A program made the translations under genes and the position numbers. A DNA stretch of 64,000 nucleotides. It comes from Escherichia coli. GTDB lineage: Bacteria > Pseudomonadota > Gammaproteobacteria > Enterobacterales > Enterobacteriaceae. Location: assembly GCF_003991155.1 (NCBI RefSeq), contig NZ_CP031294.1; one strand, 5' to 3'. Below, piece by piece: positions 42,828 to 50,676 of the stretch. The notes beneath the pieces were generated by a model, which was not told the origin of the DNA, made no database searches, and worked only from the letters and a program-made list of their open reading frames with translations. Positions within the stretch are counted from its first letter, which is position 1. Each line of letters begins with the position of its first letter.

Positions 42828-43139
42828 TCAGGCTATTGCCATCACTGATGCTCTCTGAATCTCTTGCTGGGCCACGCGGTTAACTTCCATCAAAGCCAGT
42901 TCGAGCTGATGTTCCGGCCACATTCTTTGAAATGCCACCCAGCCTTTTCCACGCTGGCGACGAACATTCATTACATAACGAGTAAAGGTGTATTTATCGA
43001 AAGACACCGCTGTTTCACGGAACAGACGAATAGAGGTTCCATTGGCAACGATGTCCAGCAAAGTTAATTGAGCAACCAGCGCAGGCTTCTCTTTTCTCTT
43101 CTGGTCTTTGTCCAGACCAAGAACCAATGATTTTTTCAT
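42828..43139 (-). CDS. hypothetical protein (103 aa)
   Basis: Trimmed to ATG 43139 (ACGGAG upstream): MKKSLVLGLDKDQKRKEKPALVAQL... Confidence 0.55.
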   Translation of the reverse strand: MKKSLVLGLDKDQKRKEKPALVAQLTLLDIVANGTSIRLFRETAVSFDKYTFTRYVMNVRRQRGKGWVAFQRMWPEHQLELALMEVNRVAQQEIQRASVMAIA

Positions 43140-43150
43140 CACAACTCCGT

Positions 43151-43185
43151 AAACAACTTGTTTTCTCAATGGCGTAAATAATACC
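43151..43185 (-). promoter_or_regulatory. E-type promoter/leader module
   Basis: The gene strand reads GGTATTATTTACGCCATTGAGAAAACAAGTTGTTTACGGAG. Confidence 0.55.
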
Positions 43186-43292
43186 AGTAAGAAAACGGCT
43201 ACAAAGCATATTGATCAGGTGCATGAGCGATATGCAGGTTCTTCCCTGCGGCTATAGAGAAATTAAGCCAGCATTGCTGGCTTTGGTTAGGT

Positions 43293-43622
43293 TTACTCGA
43301 ATACTTCAAGAAACTCCTGAACGTCCCAATGCTGGACAAGGTGAAGATAGACCTTAGAAATAACATCATTCTCGCTATCGCATGTGAAGTAGTACTTCTG
43401 GCTGCGGTTGTATGTGTCCACACAAAATTCGCTCATATCCATAAAGTCAGCATCTTCACCCATGTCGCAAATCATCAAAGCAGGTGCGTCATCACGAGTC
43501 ATCAGCTCAAGCACCCACCGCGAATTGATCAGAGTGGAAGACCAACCTTCTAACTCATAAAACTGATCAAACTCTTTTTGAGTTAATTTCTTGATTTGGT
43601 TGATGTCGATATTTGCAAACAT
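43293..43622 (-). CDS. hypothetical acidic protein (109 aa)
   Basis: Trimmed to ATG 43622 (AAGGA 7 nt upstream): MFANIDINQIKKL... Confidence 0.55.
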   Translation of the reverse strand: MFANIDINQIKKLTQKEFDQFYELEGWSSTLINSRWVLELMTRDDAPALMICDMGEDADFMDMSEFCVDTYNRSQKYYFTCDSENDVISKVYLHLVQHWDVQEFLEVFE

Positions 43623-43634
43623 AAAGCAATCCTT

Positions 43635-43667
43635 AAACAACATGTTTTCTTGATGGTGTTATTATCG
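43635..43667 (-). promoter_or_regulatory. E-type promoter/leader module
   Basis: The gene strand reads TGCGATAATAACACCATCAAGAAAACATGTTGTTTAAGGA. Confidence 0.55.
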
Positions 43668-43985
43668 CAATAACGCACAGGTGAAAAAGGATTTTATTCC
43701 GGTGAATGTGGTTTTGGCAGTGAGTTTTCAGGTTCAGTACCGAGTACACTTTTTACATTATTCTGATTTAGTGGCCGAAGGTGGCTGGTGGGCAGAATAA
43801 TCCTCTCCCCGAAAACCTACTGAAATCGATTGTGACCCGTTGGCTGTCTGGCACAATTACGCTGTAACTGGGCATTCAGAGGGAATCCAGCGGTAAGTAA
43901 GTTCGCCTGCACGTGAGCGCCTCTCTTCTTCCCGCACATTACAGGTGGGTAGCCGCAACTCTCCCTCTCGCTATACCGGTACGCC

Positions 43986-44121
43986 GCCGTTCCTGAACCG
44001 GCATCGAGCCTTCTCCCGAAATCCACACAGGCAACTCGACCGTTTCCCTGAAAACCTCCAGCCGTTCCCCGAAGGCAACCCAGCCGTTTCTGTAGCGGGA
44101 TGCAACCTTTTCCCTGTATGG
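43986..44121 (+). repeat. iteron-like array B: six direct repeats at about 22-bp phasing
   Basis: GCCGTTCCTGAAcc, gCCTTCTCCCGAAAtcc, gaCCGTTTCCCTGAAAAcc, aGCCGTTCCCCGAAgg, aGCCGTTTCTGtagc and aaCCTTTTCCCTGtat. Starts at 43986, 44008, 44039, 44061, 44083 and 44105. Confidence 0.7.
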
Positions 44122-44175
44122 ACCGAAGGCTGACCGTAGGGGTGTTACGGGGGATAAAATCAGGAGTTGAATAAA

Positions 44176-44203
44176 TACGAAAAAGGAGGCGACACCCCTC
44201 CTT
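44176..44203 (-). terminator. rho-independent terminator ending the non-coding unit
   Basis: Minus strand: AAGGAGG-ggtgtcg-CCTCCTT followed by TTTCGTATTT. Confidence 0.7.
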
Positions 44204-45035
44204 CTCTCCCCACTTATACATACCTGGCTTCTTCGCTATACATGTTGTGTTTTATTCGTGTTTTATCTGTCTCAACCTCTCTATGGACGTTAATACTCAC
44301 TCCTTCCAGAACGTTCTATACGGCGACTAATTCTGTTGGTGAATTGGGTGTGTTGTTCTCTCTGTCGGTGTATGTGGTTTCGTTCGTTTTGCGGTGGTTC
44401 TTCTATGGGGTGTTCTCGTCGTTTTGGTGATTGTTCTTCTCCGTGTATGGAGTAATGGCAGGTGGGCGATTCCTTTCGTTATTGTGTTTGAGTTGTTTGT
44501 CTGGAGTGCGTGAAGGGCTTTTGTAGTTATTCGTGTGTTGGGTAATGGCGTTTCCCGTGATTGTTCTGTTTCGTGTCTTTTGGGATTGAGAGAAACCTTG
44601 CGGTTACAGGCTTCGTTGGGGTTTCAGTGATTCTGGTGTTTCTTCGCTGTTTGGGTAATGGCGTGTCGTGGGTATCGCGCGTATGGAAGTTTCGAATTGC
44701 CTGTGAAAGTTAGGTTGGTTGTCCGGTAGCCTGAGAAGAAGAGGTGGGTCTTTTCGGTAGCCTGCCATAAAGAGGTTGGTTGTTTTTGGTAATGGCATAT
44801 GTGTTATTTAGTTGTTTTGTTATGCCTGAAAATAAGTTGTTTATATGGTTATGTAACGCAACGGGAACGATTTTGAGCGTGTGTTTTTGTTGGTAGTGTG
44901 TTGGGTCGTCTGTGGTGAAAATTGGACGCTGTGGCGCTGTCTGCTGCGTAGAATTACGGGTATAAGCAGTGATGTGTGAAAACGTCAATTTTTTAGACCA
45001 AATCGGGTGAAAGCGTTGATGTTTCGTTGATCTGT
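44204..45035 (-). ncRNA. candidate about 830-850-nt A/C-rich non-coding transcript
   Basis: Bounded by an E-type module variant (45041-45069) and a terminator (44176-44203). The plus strand is about 70% G+T by eye, so the RNA would be A/C-rich and G-poor. No ORF has an SD. Internal degenerate repeats are present. Confidence 0.4.
44452..44796. repeat. dispersed GGTAATGGC repeats within degenerate 90-130-nt units, plus copy B of the 70-nt module
   Basis: G(G/A)GTAATGGC at 44452, 44541, 44654 and 44788. GTGATT(G/C)T.. recurs three times. 44549-44557 carries a GTTTCCCG core. 44712-44790 aligns with 41078-41150. Confidence 0.6.
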
Positions 45036-45040
45036 TATTC

Positions 45041-45069
45041 AGTTGTTTTCTTATTGGTATAAACAACTG
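45041..45069 (-). promoter_or_regulatory. E-type module variant with a split palindrome
   Basis: CAGTTGTTT-tcttattggtat-AAACAACTG (9-bp perfect inverted repeat). It shares TTGTTTTCTTATTGG with 59088-59119. No CDS follows. Confidence 0.4.
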
Positions 45070-45176
45070 TAACCTATTGATATTTAAGGATGTGATTCCA
45101 GGCATGGAAGGGGAGTAGTGGCGATCAACGGATTCTTATAGAAAAGAATCAAATTGTGACCGCCATTATCAATGTT

Positions 45177-45911
45177 TTACTTAGTTTTGTTTAGCAGAGA
45201 GAGAATTTCATCACTAATTTCACTCGCCTGTTTGATAGCCAATGCAGTTACCTCTTCTATGGTTGGTGACTGTTGATGCTCATATTTGGTTTCGGTTATG
45301 ACAATGTGTTCTTCACCAGAATTTGCGCATAGTGCCGCATTGACGATAAGGTTTGAGTAAGAATTTAGCAGAGCACTGTTGATGAACGCTTTCACGGTAT
45401 TACTGTCTGCACCAAATACATCTTTTCTGACCGCTTCAGCCTCACAGCGAACCCCTGCAGCAACATCGTGAAGAACATGTATGGCCTTGGAGCTTGTTTG
45501 TTCACAGTACTCAATCATTATTGTCGAATTGTTCTGTTCAACAAACGATCTGATGCCTGACGATTTACCCATAGCATCGAAGGCAGCGTGACCCGCACTA
45601 GTAGAGATATCTTCATAGAGTTCTTCATCGCTATCTTTTTCTTCAGGTGTCGAGGTGTCTTCATCGTCGTAATAGATATTGCCTTTAATCAGTGTCTTGG
45701 ACACTTGATATAAACAATAAGAAACGAGATTTAAGCATTGGATTTTAGCTGTATTGTCCTTTGTCGCCTCGCTATTCAGTTCTTTCGCTTCTTCAGTAAG
45801 GCTGTTGATAAGACTTTGTATTTTTTCCAACGCGTTAGGTGCACACTCCGCGTTGTCCATAAAGAATTTATAACCAGTCCCAGGGATTTCTAAACTTTTC
45901 AACTTTTTCAT
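45177..45911 (-). CDS. hypothetical protein (244 aa), lower GC
   Basis: Long ORF with a degenerate E-like sequence upstream (45926-45952). No motif recognised. Confidence 0.6.
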   Translation of the reverse strand: MKKLKSLEIPGTGYKFFMDNAECAPNALEKIQSLINSLTEEAKELNSEATKDNTAKIQCLNLVSYCLYQVSKTLIKGNIYYDDEDTSTPEEKDSDEELYEDISTSAGHAAFDAMGKSSGIRSFVEQNNSTIMIEYCEQTSSKAIHVLHDVAAGVRCEAEAVRKDVFGADSNTVKAFINSALLNSYSNLIVNAALCANSGEEHIVITETKYEHQQSPTIEEVTALAIKQASEISDEILSLLNKTK

Positions 45912-45956
45912 TTCTTTGATAATCCTAAAAACAAACTACCAATGCTTTAATATCTG

Positions 45957-46256
45957 TTACCAGTTCCAGCACTCAAGCCCTTCAACGACCGGCGCACCAC
46001 AATCAAAATGTACAGAGTCAAAGCCTACATCAAGTACTTTCTGAATGTTAGCAATCGCGCCTTCGGATATACCATATCGACGCAAGTCCTCTTTCCAGAC
46101 ATCATCCTGTAACCCAGCGTGGACAATACAACCGCCGTCAATTTGTGAAACCCAATCCAGCTCATTGCTTGCGATCATGAATCGGCGAGCATCTTCCTCT
46201 GATGTATGAGATGAGCTGATCAATGCCACCTGGTAGGCTTGGGTAATGTTCAACAT
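45957..46256 (-). CDS. hypothetical protein (99 aa)
   Basis: ORF with RBS CGGAG and an E-type module upstream. Ends ...PVVEGLECWNW. Confidence 0.55.
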   Translation of the reverse strand: MLNITQAYQVALISSSHTSEEDARRFMIASNELDWVSQIDGGCIVHAGLQDDVWKEDLRRYGISEGAIANIQKVLDVGFDSVHFDCGAPVVEGLECWNW

Positions 46257-46270
46257 TTCAACAACTCCGA

Positions 46271-46304
46271 AACAATTTGTTTTCTTATGTGGCTTATTAT
46301 CTCA
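46271..46304 (-). promoter_or_regulatory. E-type promoter/leader module
   Basis: The gene strand reads TGAGATAATAAGCCACATAAGAAAACAAATTGTTTCGGAG. Confidence 0.55.
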
Positions 46305-46318
46305 ATCAACAAAAGGTA

Positions 46319-46335
46319 GAAAACAAATTGTTTTA
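46319..46335. promoter_or_regulatory. E-type palindrome core (opposite orientation); last phage-type motif before metG
   Basis: AGAAAACAAATTGTTTT on the plus strand. Confidence 0.4.
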
Positions 46336-46369
46336 GGGTTTGTTAAAGTCAGAAGGGGTTGTGTCTATA

Positions 46370-46399
46370 TGAAAATGCCCAGCGTGTTGCCGGGCATTG
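46370..46399 (-). terminator. metG rho-independent terminator
   Basis: Minus strand: AATGCCCGGCA-acac-GCTGGGCATT followed by TTCATAT, 19 nt after the stop. Confidence 0.7.
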
Positions 46400-46417
46400 C
46401 GAACAGAGGTTGTTTAA

Positions 46418-48451
46418 TTACTTAACCTGGTGGCCTGGTTTAGCACCAGCATCCGGGCTTAACAGGAAGATATCTTTCCCGCCGGGGCCAGCAGCCATCA
46501 CCATGCCTTCGGAGATACCGAAGCGCATTTTACGCGGAGCCAGGTTAGCCACCATAATGGTGTGACGACCAATCAGTGCCTGTGGGTCTGGATAAGCAGA
46601 ACGGATGCCTGAGAAGACATTACGCTTTTCACCACCGAGATCCAGTGTCAGACGCAGCAGTTTGTCAGAACCTTCGACAAACTCCGCGTTTTCAATCAGC
46701 GCCACACGCAGGTCAACTTTGGCGAAGTCGTCAAAGGTGATGGTTTCCTGAATCGGGTCGTCAGCCAGTGGGCCAGTTACCGGTGCAGCTGTGGCTTTCA
46801 CTTCTTCTTTGGATGCTTCCACCAGTGCTTCCACCTGTTTCATATCGATACGGTTATACAATGCCTTGAACGGATTCACTTTATGGCCCAGCAGCGGTTG
46901 CTGGATACCATCCCAGGTCAGTTCTGTATTCAGGAATGCTTCTGCACGTTCAGTCAGTTTCGGCAGTACCGGTTTCAAGTACGTCATCAGCACGCGGAAC
47001 AGGTTAATGCCCATAGAGCAAATCGCCTGCAGATCGGCATCGCGTCCTTCCTGCTTCGCCACCACCCACGGAGCCTGTTCATCGACATATCGGTTAGCCA
47101 GGTCAGCCAATGCCATGATTTCACGGATAGCTTTACCAAATTCGCGGCTTTCCCATGCTTCGCCAATCACTTCAGCGGCATCAGTAAAGGTTTTGTACAG
47201 TTGCGGGTCAGCCAGTTCGCTTGCCAGCACGCCGTCAAAACGCTTGTTGATAAAGCCTGCATTACGGGAGGCCAGGTTAACCACTTTGTTCACGATATCG
47301 GCATTCACGCGCTGAACGAAATCCTCCAGGTTGAGATCGATATCATCAATGCGCGAAGAGAGTTTCGCAGTGTAGTAGTAACGCAGGCTGTCGGCGTCAA
47401 AATGATTCAGCCAGGTGCTGGCTTTAATAAAGGTGCCGCGAGACTTGGACATCTTCGCGCCGTTCACCGTCACATAGCCGTGAACAAACAGGTTGGTCGG
47501 CTTGCGGAAGTTGCTGCCTTCCAGCATGGCAGGCCAGAACAGGCTGTGGAAGTAAACAATATCTTTACCGATGAAGTGGTACAGCTCGGCTGTGGAGTCT
47601 TTCTTCCAGTATTCATCGAAGCTGGTGGTATCGCCGCGCTTGTCGCACAGATTCTTGAAGGAACCCATGTAGCCAATCGGCGCGTCCAGCCAGACGTAGA
47701 AATATTTGCCCGGCGCGTTCGGAATTTCAAAACCGAAGTAAGGCGCATCGCGGGAGATATCCCACTGTTGCAGGCCGGATTCAAACCACTCCTGCATTTT
47801 GTTCGCCACCTGCTCCTGCAACGCACCGCTGCGGGTCCATGCCTGCAACATTTCGCTGAAAGAGGGCAGATCAAAGAAGAAGTGTTCGGAATCACGCATT
47901 ACCGGGGTAGCGCCAGAAACCACCGATTTCGGCTCGATCAATTCAGTCGGGCTATATGTTGCGCCGCAGACTTCACAGTTATCGCCGTATTGATCTGGCG
48001 CTTTACATTTCGGGCAGGTGCCTTTCACAAAACGATCCGGCAGGAACATGCCTTTTTCCGGGTCGTACAACTGAGAGATAGTGCGGTTTTTAATAAAACC
48101 GTTCTCTTTCAGGCGAGTATAGATAAGCTCAGACAGCTGGCGGTTCTCTTCGCTGTGCGTCGAGTGATAGTTGTCATAGCTGATGTTAAAGCCTGCGAAA
48201 TCAGTCTGGTGTTCCTGACTCATTTCGCCAATCATCTGCTCCGGTGTGATACCAAGCTGCTGTGCTTTCAGCATGATCGGCGTACCGTGGGCATCGTCGG
48301 CACAGATGAAATTAACCTCGTGGCCGCGCATTCGCTGGTAACGAACCCAGACATCAGCCTGGATGTGCTCCAGCATATGGCCGAGGTGGATTGAGCCGTT
48401 AGCGTACGGCAGCGCGCACGTCACCAGAATTTTCTTCGCGACTTGGGTCAT
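46418..48451 (-). CDS. metG: methionyl-tRNA synthetase
   Basis: 677 aa from [29 protein letters not shown]. Has KMSKS and the C-terminal tRNA-binding domain. Near-identical to E. coli/Salmonella MetRS from memory. The ORF-track start at 48580 is an upstream in-frame extension. Confidence 0.97.
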   Translation of the reverse strand: MTQVAKKILVTCALPYANGSIHLGHMLEHIQADVWVRYQRMRGHEVNFICADDAHGTPIMLKAQQLGITPEQMIGEMSQEHQTDFAGFNISYDNYHSTHSEENRQLSELIYTRLKENGFIKNRTISQLYDPEKGMFLPDRFVKGTCPKCKAPDQYGDNCEVCGATYSPTELIEPKSVVSGATPVMRDSEHFFFDLPSFSEMLQAWTRSGALQEQVANKMQEWFESGLQQWDISRDAPYFGFEIPNAPGKYFYVWLDAPIGYMGSFKNLCDKRGDTTSFDEYWKKDSTAELYHFIGKDIVYFHSLFWPAMLEGSNFRKPTNLFVHGYVTVNGAKMSKSRGTFIKASTWLNHFDADSLRYYYTAKLSSRIDDIDLNLEDFVQRVNADIVNKVVNLASRNAGFINKRFDGVLASELADPQLYKTFTDAAEVIGEAWESREFGKAIREIMALADLANRYVDEQAPWVVAKQEGRDADLQAICSMGINLFRVLMTYLKPVLPKLTERAEAFLNTELTWDGIQQPLLGHKVNPFKALYNRIDMKQVEALVEASKEEVKATAAPVTGPLADDPIQETITFDDFAKVDLRVALIENAEFVEGSDKLLRLTLDLGGEKRNVFSGIRSAYPDPQALIGRHTIMVANLAPRKMRFGISEGMVMAAGPGGKDIFLLSPDAGAKPGHQVK

Positions 48452-48608
48452 AGTAGGCATTACTTCTTTGTAGTGAAAAGGGGCTTGATAGTAACAAAAT
48501 GGCCTTATGTCTGCCATGTGATAACAGCATTTCTCATAAATGATTAAATGTCGTAGCTGGAGTACACTACAAGGCGACAATTGCGCAAATTAAAATAAAG
48601 GAGACGGG

Positions 48609-49709
48609 ATGAGCGAGTCCAAATCGCCGGATGCCCTGAGAGCAATGGTAGCCGGTACGCTGGCTAATTTTCAGCACCCAACCCTGAAACACAACCTGAC
48701 TACGCTTAAAGCGTTACACCATGTTGCGTTGATGGATGACACACTGCATGTCGAACTAATCATGCCTTTCGTGTGGAATAAGCCTTTTGAAGACCTGAAA
48801 GAGCAATGTAGTGGTGATCTGCTCCGTATCACTGGCGCAAAGGCTATTGACTGGAAGCTGTCGTACAACATTGCCACGCTTAAGCGCGTCAAAAACCAAC
48901 CAGGCATTAATGGCGTTAAGAACATTATCGCCGTCAGCTCAGGCAAGGGCGGCGTGGGTAAATCCTCCACGGCGGTAAACCTGGCACTGGCGTTGGCTGC
49001 TGAAGGTGCGAAAGTTGGTATTTTGGATGCCGATATCTATGGTCCATCAATTCCAACCATGCTGGGCGCGGAAAACCAACGTCCAACCTCACCTGACGGT
49101 ACTCACATGGCACCTATCATGTCTCATGGCCTGGCAACCAACTCTATTGGTTATCTGGTCACCGACGACAATGCAATGGTGTGGCGTGGACCGATGGCCA
49201 GCAAGGCGCTGATGCAGATGTTGCAGGAAACTCTATGGCCTGATCTGGACTATCTCGTTCTCGATATGCCGCCGGGCACTGGTGATATTCAGTTGACGCT
49301 GGCGCAGAACATTCCTGTAACTGGTGCGGTTGTGGTAACTACGCCGCAAGACATCGCGCTGATCGATGCGAAGAAAGGCATTGTGATGTTCGAAAAAGTC
49401 GAAGTGCCGGTACTGGGTATCGTCGAAAACATGAGTGTGCATATTTGCAGTAACTGCGGTCATCACGAGCCAATTTTTGGCACCGGTGGCGCACAGAAAC
49501 TGGCCGAGAAATACAACACGCAGTTGTTAGGCCAAATGCCACTTCATATCTCTCTTCGTGAAGATCTGGATAACGGAACACCAACCGTTATTAGTCGTCC
49601 AGATAGCGAATTTACGGCTATTTATCGTGACCTCGCAGATCGCGTTGCCGCCCAAATGTATTGGCAAGGTGAAGTAATACCTGGCGAAATCGCATTCCGC
49701 GCAGTGTGA
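48609..49709 (+). CDS. apbC: Fe-S cluster carrier ATPase Mrp/ApbC
   Basis: 366 aa. P-loop SSGKGGVGKS and the CSNCGHH motif. Divergent from metG, as in enterobacterial chromosomes. Confidence 0.95.
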   Translation: MSESKSPDALRAMVAGTLANFQHPTLKHNLTTLKALHHVALMDDTLHVELIMPFVWNKPFEDLKEQCSGDLLRITGAKAIDWKLSYNIATLKRVKNQPGINGVKNIIAVSSGKGGVGKSSTAVNLALALAAEGAKVGILDADIYGPSIPTMLGAENQRPTSPDGTHMAPIMSHGLATNSIGYLVTDDNAMVWRGPMASKALMQMLQETLWPDLDYLVLDMPPGTGDIQLTLAQNIPVTGAVVVTTPQDIALIDAKKGIVMFEKVEVPVLGIVENMSVHICSNCGHHEPIFGTGGAQKLAEKYNTQLLGQMPLHISLREDLDNGTPTVISRPDSEFTAIYRDLADRVAAQMYWQGEVIPGEIAFRAV

Positions 49710-49710
49710 T

Positions 49711-49737
49711 AAAAGGCGGTGCATTGCACCGCCTAAT
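49711..49737. terminator. bidirectional hairpin between convergent apbC and humD
   Basis: AGGCGGTGCA-t-TGCACCGCCT flanked by AAAA and TAAT. Confidence 0.6.
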
Positions 49738-49745
49738 CAGTTCTC

Positions 49746-50135
49746 CTACATCACGGGACAATCATCAAACTCGCCACTTCTTGCGTCGTTGATAATGTGA
49801 GTGATCACACCAAACACGGCATTGCTGCCCGTGCATCCATCGTCATCCTTTGGCAATGCTTCCTTCTTACCGGTTCTTAAATCCTCCAGATGCTGACGTG
49901 GGTACTTCCGGTATCTTTTTACGCGATATTCCCCATCCAGAGCGCATACAAGCAGAGAACCATCAACCGGGGTAAGTGAGGAATCGACCACCAGCAATGC
50001 ACCCTGTAATATTCCCTCACGATGATGACTATCAGCTGCCCTCATGAAGTAGGTCGCTGAAGGATGTCTAATTATCTGCTGATCAAGAGAAATACGGCTC
50101 TCAGCATAATCCGCCGCAGGAGAAGGGAAGCCCAT
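49746..50135 (-). CDS. humD: pre-processed UmuD'-like protein (P1 HumD-like)
   Basis: 129 aa, starting M-GFPSPAADY. This is exactly at the residue after the UmuD Cys24/Gly25 self-cleavage site. Retains the Ser (AADS) and Lys (VKRY) region. No umuC follows. Confidence 0.8.
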   Translation of the reverse strand: MGFPSPAADYAESRISLDQQIIRHPSATYFMRAADSHHREGILQGALLVVDSSLTPVDGSLLVCALDGEYRVKRYRKYPRQHLEDLRTGKKEALPKDDDGCTGSNAVFGVITHIINDARSGEFDDCPVM

Positions 50136-50153
50136 AGCGTTTTCACCTCAGAG

Positions 50154-50173
50154 TACTGTTTATCCATACAGTA
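50154..50173. promoter_or_regulatory. LexA (SOS) box
   Basis: TACTGTTTATCCATACAGTA matches TACTG-N10-CAGTA, 19 nt upstream of the humD ATG. Confidence 0.85.
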
Positions 50174-50233
50174 TACATTAAAGATGCTTGAAGTGTGCAA
50201 TAGCGCGATGCTTTGCGCTCGTCTGGTGGCGCG

Positions 50234-50485
50234 TTATTTTTTGGCTATATCTTCTTTCTGATATACCGGATCGTTTCCTTTTGGCAGCAGGAGGCTTAAC
50301 TGCCGGTAGTGCCGTAGCCGTTCCATGAAATAGGTGCGCAGGTTCTCAGGTTGCTCACGGGCTACCTGTTCCGCTATGACGGGTATGTTCAATCGCTCTT
50401 TGTAGGCAACCCCCCTGGCAGCCAGGTCAACGTTAACTTTATTCCTTTCTTCCTGGCTTTTGGCTGCTATGTTCCAGTTGCTCAT
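50234..50485 (-). CDS. hot: DNA polymerase III theta-subunit homologue (P1 Hot-like)
   Basis: [43 protein letters not shown] aligns with the E. coli HolE segment [43 protein letters not shown], recalled from memory. Confidence 0.8.
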   Translation of the reverse strand: MSNWNIAAKSQEERNKVNVDLAARGVAYKERLNIPVIAEQVAREQPENLRTYFMERLRHYRQLSLLLPKGNDPVYQKEDIAKK

Positions 50486-50487
50486 GT

Positions 50488-50676
50488 TTAAGGCTCACAT
50501 TTCCAGATGGTATTCTGAACACCCGTACCAGGCGCAAGATGAGGGTTAGCGTTCGCGCTATGCAGATATACAGCTTTAGACTTTCCGTATTGCTGACAGG
50601 CTTTATCTGCGTTTTTTGGCAGGCTATCCAAGCCAATACCAGCCATCGAACTGGATGCTAACCTTTTCACCGTCAT
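50488..50676 (-). CDS. hypothetical small protein coupled to hot
   Basis: Its stop lies 2 nt before the hot ATG. The start is uncertain (ATG 50676 or GTG 50694) and the RBS is weak. Confidence 0.35.
   Translation of the reverse strand: MTVKRLASSSMAGIGLDSLPKNADKACQQYGKSKAVYLHSANANPHLAPGTGVQNTIWKCEP

Noticed and set aside
43817-45105. Minus-strand ORFs 43817..44221 (134 aa), 44604..44798 (64 aa) and 44710..45105 (131 aa), and plus-strand 44167..44430
   Set aside because: They have no SD and their low-complexity P/T/N/Q or G/V/F-rich products are dictated by the strand-skewed repeats. They run across the iteron array, a terminator or the promoter module. The region is treated as non-coding.
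46883-48394. 503-aa plus-strand ORF (and a 174-aa one at 46791..47315) covering most of metG
   Set aside because: It is antisense to an unambiguous, highly conserved metG. It has no RBS and odd composition (R/A/V/F-rich). Long antisense ORFs are a known artefact of stop-codon-poor complementary frames.
48452-48580. 43-codon N-terminal extension of metG in the ORF track ([12 protein letters not shown]...)
   Set aside because: The canonical MetRS N-terminus MTQVAKK starts at 48451. The extension covers the metG/apbC divergent promoter region.
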